Positions 21,799 to 31,417 of a DNA stretch of 64,000 bases are shown piece by piece. Position 1 is the stretch's first letter. The number at the start of each line of letters is the position of its first letter. Origin of the DNA: Rhodoferax sp. (lineage in GTDB: Bacteria; Pseudomonadota; Gammaproteobacteria; Burkholderiales; Burkholderiaceae_C); assembly GCA_025356155.1 (NCBI GenBank), contig JANXUQ010000096.1, positions 1,260-65,259 on the forward strand, read 5' to 3'. Position numbers and translations under genes: made by a program. Under the pieces are notes generated by a model. The model saw only the letters and a list, made by a program, of their open reading frames with translations. It made no database searches and was not told the DNA's origin.

Positions 21799-22695
21799 GT
21801 GGGAATCTCGCTAGACGGAAAATTGGTAGTGGCGATATCGAGCCGCGCCCTCTTCGACTTCGAAGAAGAAAATCAGGTCTTCGAACAAAGCGACGACACG
21901 GCCTATATGCGCTTGCAACTGGAACGTATCGACATACCTGCCAAACCCGGTGTCGCGTTTTCATTGGTGCAAAAGTTGTTGGCCTTCAACGATGCGCAAT
22001 CGCAAAAGGTCGAAGTTGTCATTCTGTCACGCAACGACCCTGTCAGCGGCCTGCGCGTCATGAAGTCAGCCGCGCACTATGCCCTGCCCATTATCCGCTG
22101 CTCGTTCACGCGGGGTGAGCCGCCATGGCGCTATCTCAAACCCTTGCATGCCAATTTATTCCTGAGCACCCACCTGAGCGATGTGCGTGCGGCATTGGCG
22201 GCAGGCGTGCCGGCAGCGCAGGCGTACCCGCTGTCTGCACACGCCAGCGAAGCCCATCCCAATGAGGTTCGCATTGCGTTTGACGGCGATGCCGTGTTGT
22301 TCAGCGATGAGGCGGAGCGCGTGTACCAGGACCAAGGCTTGAACGCATTCCAGCAACACGAAATGGACAAGGTGGCATTGCCTCTGCCCGACGGGCCTTT
22401 CAAACCACTGCTCGTTGCCCTGCACAGGTTGCAGCAAGCCGCCACCCCGCAGATGCGTATTCGCACCGCATTGGTTACGGCGCGCAGTGCACCTGCCCAC
22501 GAACGCGCCATCCGCACGTTGATGAACTGGAACATTGCCGTCGATGAAGCCATGTTTCTGGGCGGCCTGGACAAAGGTGAATTTCTGCGCGAATTCGAGC
22601 CGGATTTCTTTTTTGACGACCAGACTGGCCACATTGAATCTGCCGCCCGACATGTCCCCTCAGGACATGTTGCCAGTGGTGTGCGCAACGGTTAA
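21799..22695 (+). CDS. 5'-nucleotidase (cN-I-like)
   Basis: LVVAISSRALF, RIAFDGDAVLFSDE, VTARS, FFDDQ. Confidence 0.9.
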   Translation: MGISLDGKLVVAISSRALFDFEEENQVFEQSDDTAYMRLQLERIDIPAKPGVAFSLVQKLLAFNDAQSQKVEVVILSRNDPVSGLRVMKSAAHYALPIIRCSFTRGEPPWRYLKPLHANLFLSTHLSDVRAALAAGVPAAQAYPLSAHASEAHPNEVRIAFDGDAVLFSDEAERVYQDQGLNAFQQHEMDKVALPLPDGPFKPLLVALHRLQQAATPQMRIRTALVTARSAPAHERAIRTLMNWNIAVDEAMFLGGLDKGEFLREFEPDFFFDDQTGHIESAARHVPSGHVASGVRNG

Positions 22696-22829
22696 AACCA
22701 GTCCGGTAGGGCGCAGTAAAGCGGGCCTGCAGGTGCGGTAAACGTTTGTAAAGCCCGACATCGCCGTCGGCAACCCGGGGTTTAATCGCGTTGAACCACA
22801 ACGTTGTCGCCCAAAGGATCGGTGTCCCT

Positions 22830-24410
22830 ATGAATAAAACCTCGACGAATTTTCCATCTCGGCGGGCCGCGATCCAGACCATCGCCACATCTGCGTACTT
22901 GGGTTCTGGGTTGGCATTCTCGCAAGCCTTTGCGCAGCCCGCTACGGCACCATCGTCACCCTCAAACATCTCTGTGCTATCCCTCAACGGCCAAGCTTGG
23001 CGCGCCATGTCCCGGGTTGGCTATGGTCCGAGTGCTGCTCTGGTGCAGGCAATTCAGGCAGCCCGCAGTCCGCGCGACTGGGCCTTGCAACAAGTGGATG
23101 CCGCATTCGTGGCCAGTCAGCAAGCACCGCACATAGCAGCAGAATTGGCAGACTTCAACGCGCCCCTGCCCCGCATCTACGAAGGCTTTCAGCGCGAGCG
23201 CGAATTGCGCACCAAGGACAAGACCAAGACTCCAAAAGCAGAAGACTCAGCGCCGGCCAAACGCATGGATTTCGCGGATCCGCGTGACCCTGCGCACTTC
23301 AGTCGCATGCTGGTCCAGCAGGCAGCCGCTTGGCGCCTCAGCAGTTGCAGCCAGCCAGAGCTGGAAAATCCGCTGCTCGCGCGCATGACCGAGTTCTGGT
23401 TCAACCACCTCAATGTCTTCAGCGGCAAAGGCGCCGTGCGGCCCTTCGCTGGCCATTATGTGATCAACGTAGCGCGCCACCATGCATTGGGGAAATTTGA
23501 AGACCTGCTGCTGGCCAGCGCCCGCCATCCCGCCATGCTCCTGTATCTGGACCAGGCACAAAGTGTTGCAGACGGCACCCAGGGCCAACAGGGAAAAACC
23601 CGTGGGCTCAATGAAAACTATGCGCGTGAGTTGATGGAGTTGCACACCCTGGGCGTGGACGGCGGGTACAGCCAAGCCGATGTACGCGCGCTGGCGCGCG
23701 TACTCACCGGTTGGACCGTCTCCCGAGATGACGCCGAAGGTTTCCGCTTTGCGCCGCGCCTGCATGACCGGGGGTACAAGCAGGTTTTAGGTCAGCGCTT
23801 TCCAACGTCGGCCGCACGGGGTGGCATGCTCGAAGGTGAGGATGCCATTCGCATGCTAGCGCGCCACCCCGCTACAGCCAAGCGCGTCAGCCTACGGCTG
23901 GCCCAGTTTTTTGTCACCGACCAGCCGTCGAATGAACTGGTGCAGCGCATCAGCCGCAGTTTTACCGCTACGCAAGGTGACCTGCGCGCCGTCATGCGCA
24001 CCGTACTTGAATCACCCGAGTTTTGGGCGCCAGAAAATCGGCTCTTCAAAACACCGATGGACTATGCATGCTCAGCACTGGCAGCCACACAAGCGGCCAC
24101 CCAGGAACAGATCGGTGGAGAGCCCTACCGTCGCAACATTGTGCTGACCCTCGGATTCCTGGCTAACGCAGGGCAACCCCTACACGGATGGCAAACGCCT
24201 GACGGGTACAAAGTAGACGCGGCTACTTGGCTGGTGCCTGAAGCACTCACACGGCGCGCGGACTTTGCGTTGGCGCTGGCACGCAAGTCGTCTGATCTGG
24301 AGTTTCTGACGCCCTACCTTGGCGCTGCCACGCGTGAAGCGGTGGCAAAAGAAAGCGCTGCGCTGCGCCCTGGCCTGATGCTGGCCAGCCCCGACTTCAT
24401 GTACAAGTGA
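22830..24410 (+). CDS. DUF1800 family protein
   Basis: FWFNHL, PAMLLYLD, NENYARELMELHTLG, LTGW; SRR Tat-like N-terminus. Confidence 0.9.
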   Translation: MNKTSTNFPSRRAAIQTIATSAYLGSGLAFSQAFAQPATAPSSPSNISVLSLNGQAWRAMSRVGYGPSAALVQAIQAARSPRDWALQQVDAAFVASQQAPHIAAELADFNAPLPRIYEGFQRERELRTKDKTKTPKAEDSAPAKRMDFADPRDPAHFSRMLVQQAAAWRLSSCSQPELENPLLARMTEFWFNHLNVFSGKGAVRPFAGHYVINVARHHALGKFEDLLLASARHPAMLLYLDQAQSVADGTQGQQGKTRGLNENYARELMELHTLGVDGGYSQADVRALARVLTGWTVSRDDAEGFRFAPRLHDRGYKQVLGQRFPTSAARGGMLEGEDAIRMLARHPATAKRVSLRLAQFFVTDQPSNELVQRISRSFTATQGDLRAVMRTVLESPEFWAPENRLFKTPMDYACSALAATQAATQEQIGGEPYRRNIVLTLGFLANAGQPLHGWQTPDGYKVDAATWLVPEALTRRADFALALARKSSDLEFLTPYLGAATREAVAKESAALRPGLMLASPDFMYK

Positions 24411-24422
24411 AAGGCTCGCACT

Positions 24423-25757
24423 ATGTCCAATACACACATCCCTGCGCATGATCTGCCTACTGCAGACCTCCACCGCCGTCGACTATTGCAGGCGCTAGCG
24501 GGCACATCGGCTGCATGGTCGATGCCCAGCCTTTGGGCCCAAAGCGATGACAACAAGCGCACGGGCGGCGGCGGGCGTCTGGTGGTTGTATTCCTGCGTG
24601 GTGCCTACGACGGCCTTTCTGCATTCGTACCGTATGTTGACCCGAATTACTACGCCCTGCGCCCGAGCATTGCCATACCAAAACCTGACGGAACCAGCCA
24701 GACCGTACTGGCGCTGGACGCCGGTTTTGGACTGCACCCCGCCATGGCGCCACTGTTGCCACTATGGAAGGAAGGAGTCCTTGGCATTGTGCCGGCAGCC
24801 GGCTCACCCGACGCAACGCGTTCGCACTTTGATGCGCAACACCATTGGGAAACGGGCGTTCCCGGCAGGAGCGGTCACACCGATGGCTGGATGAACACGC
24901 TGGCCGGATTGCAGCGTGGTCCCCACCCCGTCGAAGGCGCAAGCAATCCATTGCGCACCAATGCGACCGCCATAGGCGTTGGCGAAGCCAATCCGCTGAT
25001 ACTGGCGGGTAGCTCAGCCGTTCAACTCGTCCCCAAAGGACAAGCCGCTACGCGTCAAGGCGCCTTGGGCGACCAGCGCACGCGCGATGCGGTTTTGCAT
25101 TTGTACGCGGGGGAAGACGCCTTGTCTCGCACATTCCGAGCAGGTGCCGACAGCCGCGCGCAAACAGCAACCACCCTCAGCATGGACACCGATGGCCACG
25201 CCATGGACAGCGCGCAAATGCTGGCAGCCAACAACGGCGCCGGCTCGGCACAGGGCCTCTTGCTGGACGCACAACACATGGGTACCTTGATGCGCCAGAA
25301 CAAACGCTTGCGCATCGGCTTTTTATCGGCAGGCGGCTGGGACACGCACGCCAATCAGGGCAGCGTGACCGGCTCACTGGCAAACAACTTGGGCAACCTG
25401 GCCGCGACCCTGGTACAACTGCGCCGCGATTTCTCGCAGCCCAACGACGTGGTCTTGGTGTGCAGCGAATTTGGACGCACGACTGCGGAAAATGGTACCC
25501 GCGGCACTGACCATGGCCATGGAAACGCCCTGTGGGTGATGGGCAACAAGGTGAATGGCGGACGCTGGCATGGCGCGTGGGATGGTTTGGCCGCCGGCAA
25601 CCTGCACGAGGGCCGCGACCTGCCGGTGCGCCACGACTTTCGCGCGGTATTTGCGCAAGTGTTGCGTACCAATCAGGGCTTGCGCGGGGACGAACTGGAC
25701 AGGTTGTTCCCAGGTTTCGCGTGGGACAAATCGCTGGACGGGCTGATGCGCAGTTGA
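24423..25757 (+). CDS. DUF1501 family protein
   Basis: Tat-like RRRLL, LRGAYDGL, RSHF, GGWDTH, SEFGRT, GTDHG; usual partner of DUF1800. Confidence 0.9.
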   Translation: MSNTHIPAHDLPTADLHRRRLLQALAGTSAAWSMPSLWAQSDDNKRTGGGGRLVVVFLRGAYDGLSAFVPYVDPNYYALRPSIAIPKPDGTSQTVLALDAGFGLHPAMAPLLPLWKEGVLGIVPAAGSPDATRSHFDAQHHWETGVPGRSGHTDGWMNTLAGLQRGPHPVEGASNPLRTNATAIGVGEANPLILAGSSAVQLVPKGQAATRQGALGDQRTRDAVLHLYAGEDALSRTFRAGADSRAQTATTLSMDTDGHAMDSAQMLAANNGAGSAQGLLLDAQHMGTLMRQNKRLRIGFLSAGGWDTHANQGSVTGSLANNLGNLAATLVQLRRDFSQPNDVVLVCSEFGRTTAENGTRGTDHGHGNALWVMGNKVNGGRWHGAWDGLAAGNLHEGRDLPVRHDFRAVFAQVLRTNQGLRGDELDRLFPGFAWDKSLDGLMRS

Positions 25758-25779
25758 CCGTTGTTACAGCCGACAGAAT

Positions 25780-26481
25780 TTACGCAACCAGATTAGAGAA
25801 ACCGGCAAAACCTCTGGCCCGCAACACACAGGCCGGGCACTCGCCACAACCATAGCCCCAAGCATGGCGGTGCACTCGATCACCCAGATAACAGGTGTGG
25901 GTGTGTTCCACGATCAGGTCTACCAAGGCTTGACCGCCCAGTTGATGGGCCATGGTCCAGGTCGCAGCCTTGTCAATCCACATTAGCGGTGTTTCGATGA
26001 GAAATCGTTTGTCCATGCCGAGCGACAGCGCCAGTTGCATGGCCTTCATGGTGTCGTCACGGCAATCGGGGTAGCCTGAAAAATCTGTTTCACAGACGCC
26101 GGTCACGATGACTTGCAAGTCCCGTCGATAGGCAACCGCCGCCGCCAGTGTCATAAAAAGCAGATTGCGCCCGGGTACAAAAGTATTCGGCAGGCCGGTG
26201 CTTTCCATTTGAAACGCGGTGTCGCGCGTCAAGGATGTTTCGCTGACGGAACCCAGCACGGCCAGATCCAGCAGGTGGTCTTCACCCAGCTTGGGTGCCC
26301 ATTGCGGAAACTGCGCGCAAATCTCCTGCAGCACGACCAGGCGTGCCTCCAACTCCACGCTGTGGCGCTGGCGGTAATCAAATGCGATGGTTTCAACGCG
26401 TTCGTAGCGTTGCAGGGCGTGTGCCAGGCAGGTTGTGGAATCCTGGCCGCCGGAAAATAGAACAAGGGCGCTGGTATGCAT
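25780..26481 (-). CDS. queC: 7-cyano-7-deazaguanine synthase
   Basis: [30 protein letters not shown]. Confidence 0.95.
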   Translation of the reverse strand: MHTSALVLFSGGQDSTTCLAHALQRYERVETIAFDYRQRHSVELEARLVVLQEICAQFPQWAPKLGEDHLLDLAVLGSVSETSLTRDTAFQMESTGLPNTFVPGRNLLFMTLAAAVAYRRDLQVIVTGVCETDFSGYPDCRDDTMKAMQLALSLGMDKRFLIETPLMWIDKAATWTMAHQLGGQALVDLIVEHTHTCYLGDRVHRHAWGYGCGECPACVLRARGFAGFSNLVA

Positions 26482-26526
26482 GGCCCCGATGTTAAAACAT
26501 GGTGCTGCCTGATCGCTCTGCTGCGA

Positions 26527-27024
26527 TCAGAGCCGTTCGTTCTTTTTGATGGTGTTGTGGTCGTAGACCAGCGCGGCTTTGGCCAGGTTCCCCGGGGTAT
26601 CCGATGGGGCGGCCGCTACAGGCGGTGTCAATTGGTTATGCACCTGGTCCAACTGCACGGCACTGGCGCTCACGGTCCACAAGTGCTGAATGTGTTCCAT
26701 CAGCATCTGGTACATGGGTTTAGGGGGCGGATTTTCCACCTTTTCCGGCACCGGCCTATGGATGGTCCAGTCTTTGGGCGTGGTGGCCGCTTCAGAACCG
26801 GGCTTGCCGGGGTCAGAAACACTGGTGTAAACAGGCTCACCCTCGGTAGTCTTGAGCGCAGGATTCACCAAGTTCACGACACTGGGCGCGGGTTGCAGTG
26901 GGGGGCTGGCACGTACCGAAGGGTTGACCGGGGCTACCGGTATTACCCTGTTTGCCCCAGACGAAGCCACATCTGCGCCGCTAGGCCGCAGATTAGGGGT
27001 TCGATCGATGGTTGGCAATTGCAT
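26527..27024 (-). CDS. Pro-rich hypothetical protein, possibly sigma-28 regulated
   Basis: Clean ORF (alternative GTG start at 27051); sigma-28-like promoter upstream. Confidence 0.65.
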   Translation of the reverse strand: MQLPTIDRTPNLRPSGADVASSGANRVIPVAPVNPSVRASPPLQPAPSVVNLVNPALKTTEGEPVYTSVSDPGKPGSEAATTPKDWTIHRPVPEKVENPPPKPMYQMLMEHIQHLWTVSASAVQLDQVHNQLTPPVAAAPSDTPGNLAKAALVYDHNTIKKNERL

Positions 27025-27078
27025 TTCGGTTTGGGCTTTTGGCCCCTCCACTTACTTTTCTTCGTAGACGTAAGGTTC

Positions 27079-27105
27079 TTAACGGCAGATTTAGAGGGTT
27101 ATTTA
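27079..27105 (-). promoter_or_regulatory. Sigma-28 (FliA)-type promoter
   Basis: Minus strand TAAA-N15-GCCGTTAA versus consensus TAAA-N15-GCCGATAA. Confidence 0.65.
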
Positions 27106-27204
27106 GGGTTATTTTTAAAAAAACCCAAAATTTATGACCTGCCGTTTGCAAAAGAACCCATTTGCACTGATTTGGTGCAGATTACGGCCTTCAAAGTGTC
27201 TACC

Positions 27205-28245
27205 TCAGCTGTACACACCCACAAACCGGTCGAGGATGGCTGCATGGTCTTCAAACAGCCGGTCTTCCATCTGTGGCAAGTCATCCAGCGCCACCCATTT
27301 GGCCTCTTGCGCATCATCGGCGCCTTTTATTTCCGGCAGGCGGACATAGCCCAAGTCAAAGTAGAAGGCATGGGTAATGAGCCGACCGCGCGGGCTACGC
27401 AGCGGATGGTCGAAGACCTGGCTGGCTTTCAACGCCTGGCGCATCGTCGAGTCCAGCGTCTTGAAGCCGGTTTCTTCATGCAGTTCACGCAGCGCAGCGG
27501 TGTAGAAGCGCTCTCCCTTGTCGACAAACCCTCCTGGCAAGGCCCACTGGCCGTTGCCCACATCACCACCCCGCTGTATGAGGAGTACGTGGCGATTGGC
27601 GACCAACACGGCATCCGCCGTCAGGTAAACATCGGCAGCCCACTTCTTGCGGTACTGCACCACGGTGTTGTGCTCCACCACCCGCTGGGCATACACCGGC
27701 AGGCGTGACCATGCCTGCAAATAGGCCAGCACGCCAGGGCTGACGAACGGGCGCAGCACTACCATGCGTGCATCCGGGTCAGCACCTTCAAAGAATACGC
27801 TGCGCAACGCCGTAGCGTCGATATCAAACTCCTGCCGCACCGACTGCCACACCCAGGTCGGAAAATGGTCCAGGTAATAGCTGGTGTGGTCCTTCTTGAA
27901 ACCCACCAGCGTGACAGGGCCCTGACCGCCCGTGCGCTGCTGCACACCCTCGCGTATCGCGGCATTCCAGCGGTCGTCGTCATAGTAGTCGCGCACCGGC
28001 AGAAACTTCACACGGCTTACGGCTTCGGGTGACAGCGTGGCCAGAATCATGTCCCTGCGCTCTTCCCAGTTGAACGGGTTGCGCACATCGCGCGAGCGAA
28101 ATGCGGAGCCAATCACCACAATCACCTGCGCCGCGACCGCCAACGCAGCCTTCAGCAATGTCTCATGGCCTTTGTGGAACAGTTGCCAGCGGCCGACGAT
28201 GACGGCCGTGCCTGTCAGAGGCGCAACGGGTGTGGTTTCTTGCAT
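27205..28245 (-). CDS. nadM: Bifunctional NMN/NaMN adenylyltransferase - ADP-ribose pyrophosphatase (NadM-Nudix)
   Basis: GRWQLFHKGH (HxGH), IGSA, RNPF, KDHTSYYL; Nudix box GFVDKGERFYTAALRELHEETGF; RSPRGR, GADDA, FEDH. Confidence 0.9.
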   Translation of the reverse strand: MQETTPVAPLTGTAVIVGRWQLFHKGHETLLKAALAVAAQVIVVIGSAFRSRDVRNPFNWEERRDMILATLSPEAVSRVKFLPVRDYYDDDRWNAAIREGVQQRTGGQGPVTLVGFKKDHTSYYLDHFPTWVWQSVRQEFDIDATALRSVFFEGADPDARMVVLRPFVSPGVLAYLQAWSRLPVYAQRVVEHNTVVQYRKKWAADVYLTADAVLVANRHVLLIQRGGDVGNGQWALPGGFVDKGERFYTAALRELHEETGFKTLDSTMRQALKASQVFDHPLRSPRGRLITHAFYFDLGYVRLPEIKGADDAQEAKWVALDDLPQMEDRLFEDHAAILDRFVGVYS

Positions 28246-28286
28246 GGTGCAATTCTCCCTGTCTGGTTGTCTAAATGGATTGCGGT

Positions 28287-29996
28287 CTAGGCGTATTGAA
28301 CCGCAGCAATGGGTACCTGGCGGCCGCTACCAAAGGCCTTGCCGCGCACCCGCAGCACCGGCGGTGCCTGACGGCGTTTGTATTCGTTGCGGGCGATCAT
28401 GCGCTGGATGCGAGTGATCAGAGCGACACCTTCTGGCGTGGATTGCAGTCTGGACATTTCACTGTCTGCGCGCGCGCGCTCCCACTGCGGCAAACGGTCA
28501 CCCTCAATCAGACTTTTGAGGATTTCGTCCAGCACTTCATACGGTGGCAGGCTGTCCGTATCCTTTTGGCCCGGCGCCAGCTCCGCCGACGGCGGCTTCT
28601 CAATGATGGCAACAGGAATCAACTCGCGGCCCGCTGTGCTGTTCATGTGGCGGCACAGCTCGAAAATTTCCGTCTTGTACAAATCGCCAATCAAGCCCAG
28701 CCCGCCGTTGGTATCGCCATACAGCGTGCAATATCCCACCGACACTTCGCTCTTGTTGCCTGTGGTCAGCAGCAAGTGGCCAAAACGGTTGGAATACTCC
28801 ATCAGCGTCGTTCCGCGCACGCGGGCCTGCAGATTTTCCAGGGGCAGGCCTTGCAAAGCCTCACCGAAGGACGTGGCATAGGTAGCCTCAAACGCCGCGA
28901 CGATCGCTTTGATAGGGTGCTCTATCGACTTGATCCCAAGGTTGCGGCACAGCACCACCGAATCCGACACACTGCCCTCGCTGGAAAATTTCGATGGCAT
29001 CGTGATACCGACCACGTGGTCCGCGCCCAGGGCCTCGACCGCCAGGGCCAGCGTTAGCGCCGAATCGATGCCGCCAGACGAGCCCACCACCGCCTGGGTA
29101 AAGCCGCAGCGCCGCGCATAGTCCTTGAGCCCCAGCACAATTTGCTGGCGGTAAAACTCCATGGTGGGCAGGCCCGTCTGTGGCACCACTGGCAGGTCCG
29201 TTCCATCGCGCTGGGTAAATGCCTGCGTGACGGGGTCAAAACACAGCGTCGTCACATCCTGCGCAAACCGCGTCGCTTCATACACCACCGCACCTTGCGC
29301 ATCGACCGCAAACGACGCGCCGTCATACACCAGTTGGTCATGCCCGCCAATCTGGTTCACATACAGCAGCGGCAGCTTGTGCCGAGCGCAGGCCGAGCCG
29401 AATACGGCATGGCGCTGCTCGCGTTTGCCGATGTTGCTAGGGCTGGCGTTGATGGACACCACCAGGTCCGGCGCGGCATCGGCCAGTCGTTGAAAAGGGT
29501 TGACCAGGTAGTCCTGCCCATCGTCGTTCCAACCGTCCTCGCAAATCATCAGGCCAATCTGCACATCGCCCACGCGCAACACACGCGCCACATCCGGGCC
29601 GGGCTCAAAGTGGCGACGTTCATCAAAGATGTTGTAGGTGGGCAGCAACTGCTTGGCGTATTGCAGCACCACCTCGCCATTTTTTACCACCAGCAAGGCG
29701 TTGTAAAACGGCTTGCCGATTCCGCTGCGGCGCACCGGCGCACCCACCACCCAATACAACTGGGGCGTTTCGCGCGTGGCTACTAGCAGCTGGGCCAAAC
29801 CTGCCTCCACGCGCGCCTGGAAATTGGCGTCATCCAACAGGTCGCCAGGGTAGTAGGCGGTCAGGCTCATCTCAGGGAAGACCACGAGGTCTGCGGCCTC
29901 GTCACGCGCCTGGCGTGCGGCCCGCAGCATCAGAGCGATGTTGCCGGCAATGTCTCCAATGGTCGGGTTGATCTGGGCACTGGTGATGCGCAACAT
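28287..29996 (-). CDS. nadE: Glutamine-dependent NAD+ synthetase
   Basis: CN-hydrolase domain (FPE, K, ICED) plus SGGIDS, ENLQAR, TGNKSE, GYCTLYGD, PPSAEL, EYKRRQ. Confidence 0.95.
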   Translation of the reverse strand: MLRITSAQINPTIGDIAGNIALMLRAARQARDEAADLVVFPEMSLTAYYPGDLLDDANFQARVEAGLAQLLVATRETPQLYWVVGAPVRRSGIGKPFYNALLVVKNGEVVLQYAKQLLPTYNIFDERRHFEPGPDVARVLRVGDVQIGLMICEDGWNDDGQDYLVNPFQRLADAAPDLVVSINASPSNIGKREQRHAVFGSACARHKLPLLYVNQIGGHDQLVYDGASFAVDAQGAVVYEATRFAQDVTTLCFDPVTQAFTQRDGTDLPVVPQTGLPTMEFYRQQIVLGLKDYARRCGFTQAVVGSSGGIDSALTLALAVEALGADHVVGITMPSKFSSEGSVSDSVVLCRNLGIKSIEHPIKAIVAAFEATYATSFGEALQGLPLENLQARVRGTTLMEYSNRFGHLLLTTGNKSEVSVGYCTLYGDTNGGLGLIGDLYKTEIFELCRHMNSTAGRELIPVAIIEKPPSAELAPGQKDTDSLPPYEVLDEILKSLIEGDRLPQWERARADSEMSRLQSTPEGVALITRIQRMIARNEYKRRQAPPVLRVRGKAFGSGRQVPIAAVQYA

Positions 29997-30023
29997 GGGG
30001 TGTCCTTGTGGTTGGGTTGCAGC

Positions 30024-31247
30024 TTAGTCGTTCTTGTTGAAGACCTGACGCAAATACGCCAGGAATGTCTGGTCGTCACACAGCGTCTTGCCCGGTGAAT
30101 CGGAAAGCTTGGCCGTGGGTTGGCCATTGCAACTCACCAGCTTCATGACGATGTTCAGCGGCTTGAGCCCGGTATCGTTGCTCAAATTGGTGCCGATGCC
30201 AAAGCCGGTTTGTACACGGTCCGCAAAGTGGCGATGCAGGTTCAGCGCGGTGGGCACATCCAAGCCATCCGAGAACACCAGGCGCTTGGCATGTGCGTCC
30301 AGCTTCAGCTTGGCATAGTGGCCCAGCGCCTTTTCGCCCCACAGAAAAGGGTCACCACTGTCGTGGCGCAGGCCATCGAACAGCTTGGCAAAGTAGAGGT
30401 CAAAGTCGGCCAGGAAGGCGTCCATCCCCACCACATCGGTCAACGCAACCCCAAGATCGCCACGGTACTCTTGCACCCACGCTTCCAGCGCTGCCTTTTG
30501 AAAACCCTTGAGCTGCACACCGGTGGCCTGAAAGGTCTGCAGATACTCATGTGCCATGGTCCCAATCGGCACCAGTCCCAGCTTCTTGGCCAAGTACACA
30601 TTCGACGTGCCTTTGAAATATTCAGGTACCTCTCGCGCAAGCATAGTGGCCACCTCTTCCTGCCAGGCACCGGAGAAGCGCCTGCGCACTCCAAAGTCAA
30701 AAAACTCAAACGGGTGGCGACGGGCTGGGCCGGTGCTTGCATAGTCGCGCAACAGGGCAATCTTGGCTTGCAGACGTGCCCGCCCTTCCGTCAATGCGGC
30801 GTCATGGGCAGCACCCCGGGCTAAGCGGCGAAAGTAGAGCTCGTTGATGATGGCCAACACATAAATTTCAAAACCCATCACATGGACTTGCGGCCCCTTG
30901 ACCACCACCAACAGCGTATCGCCGTGCGTGCTGACCGTGATGAAGCGGCGCTGGAACTGGAACAGGCGCAAAAAGTCGATGTAGTCCGATGACAGGTAGC
31001 GCAGCCCGCCCAGGTAGGCCAATTCGCCGTCGGTAAAGCGCAGCGTGCACAGGGCATCCAACTGGGCATTCACATCCGCCGCCAGCTCTGCCAACGGGAA
31101 GGCTGGCGTGTTGCGGCACACAAAGCGGTATTCCGCCTGGTTGGTTGGCATGGAATGCAGCATGGGCTGCTGCATCGTGAACTTGTACAAGTCCGTTTCC
31201 AGCAAACTGTGTATCACCGGTTGGAACAATTCTGTCGTGGCATTCAT
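30024..31247 (-). CDS. pncB: Nicotinate phosphoribosyltransferase
   Basis: [49 protein letters not shown]; AGGAG RBS before 31247. Confidence 0.95.
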   Translation of the reverse strand: MNATTELFQPVIHSLLETDLYKFTMQQPMLHSMPTNQAEYRFVCRNTPAFPLAELAADVNAQLDALCTLRFTDGELAYLGGLRYLSSDYIDFLRLFQFQRRFITVSTHGDTLLVVVKGPQVHVMGFEIYVLAIINELYFRRLARGAAHDAALTEGRARLQAKIALLRDYASTGPARRHPFEFFDFGVRRRFSGAWQEEVATMLAREVPEYFKGTSNVYLAKKLGLVPIGTMAHEYLQTFQATGVQLKGFQKAALEAWVQEYRGDLGVALTDVVGMDAFLADFDLYFAKLFDGLRHDSGDPFLWGEKALGHYAKLKLDAHAKRLVFSDGLDVPTALNLHRHFADRVQTGFGIGTNLSNDTGLKPLNIVMKLVSCNGQPTAKLSDSPGKTLCDDQTFLAYLRQVFNKND

Positions 31248-31332
31248 ATCTACAACTCCTGAAAACGGCTGTCGACTCAAGCGACGCTGATAGAACGGTA
31301 GCATTGCTTCTGTTCGCATTCTTAAATGAATC

Positions 31333-31371
31333 ATAACCTAGTTAATTGTATTTTGCAATTAACTAGGTTAT
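31333..31371. promoter_or_regulatory. Perfect 16-bp inverted repeat in divergent promoter region (putative operator)
   Basis: ATAACCTAGTTAATTG-tattttg-CAATTAACTAGGTTAT. Confidence 0.7.
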
Positions 31372-31417
31372 ACGTGGCATCTCGGCTTGGTACGGGCTAC
31401 CATGCCATCCACACGCC

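Noticed and set aside
27205-31247. Phage NARP pathway or prophage
   Set aside because: The enzymes are PncB and Gln-dependent NadE rather than NadV/Nampt or a Prs-like ADPR-PP synthetase; no phage genes nearby
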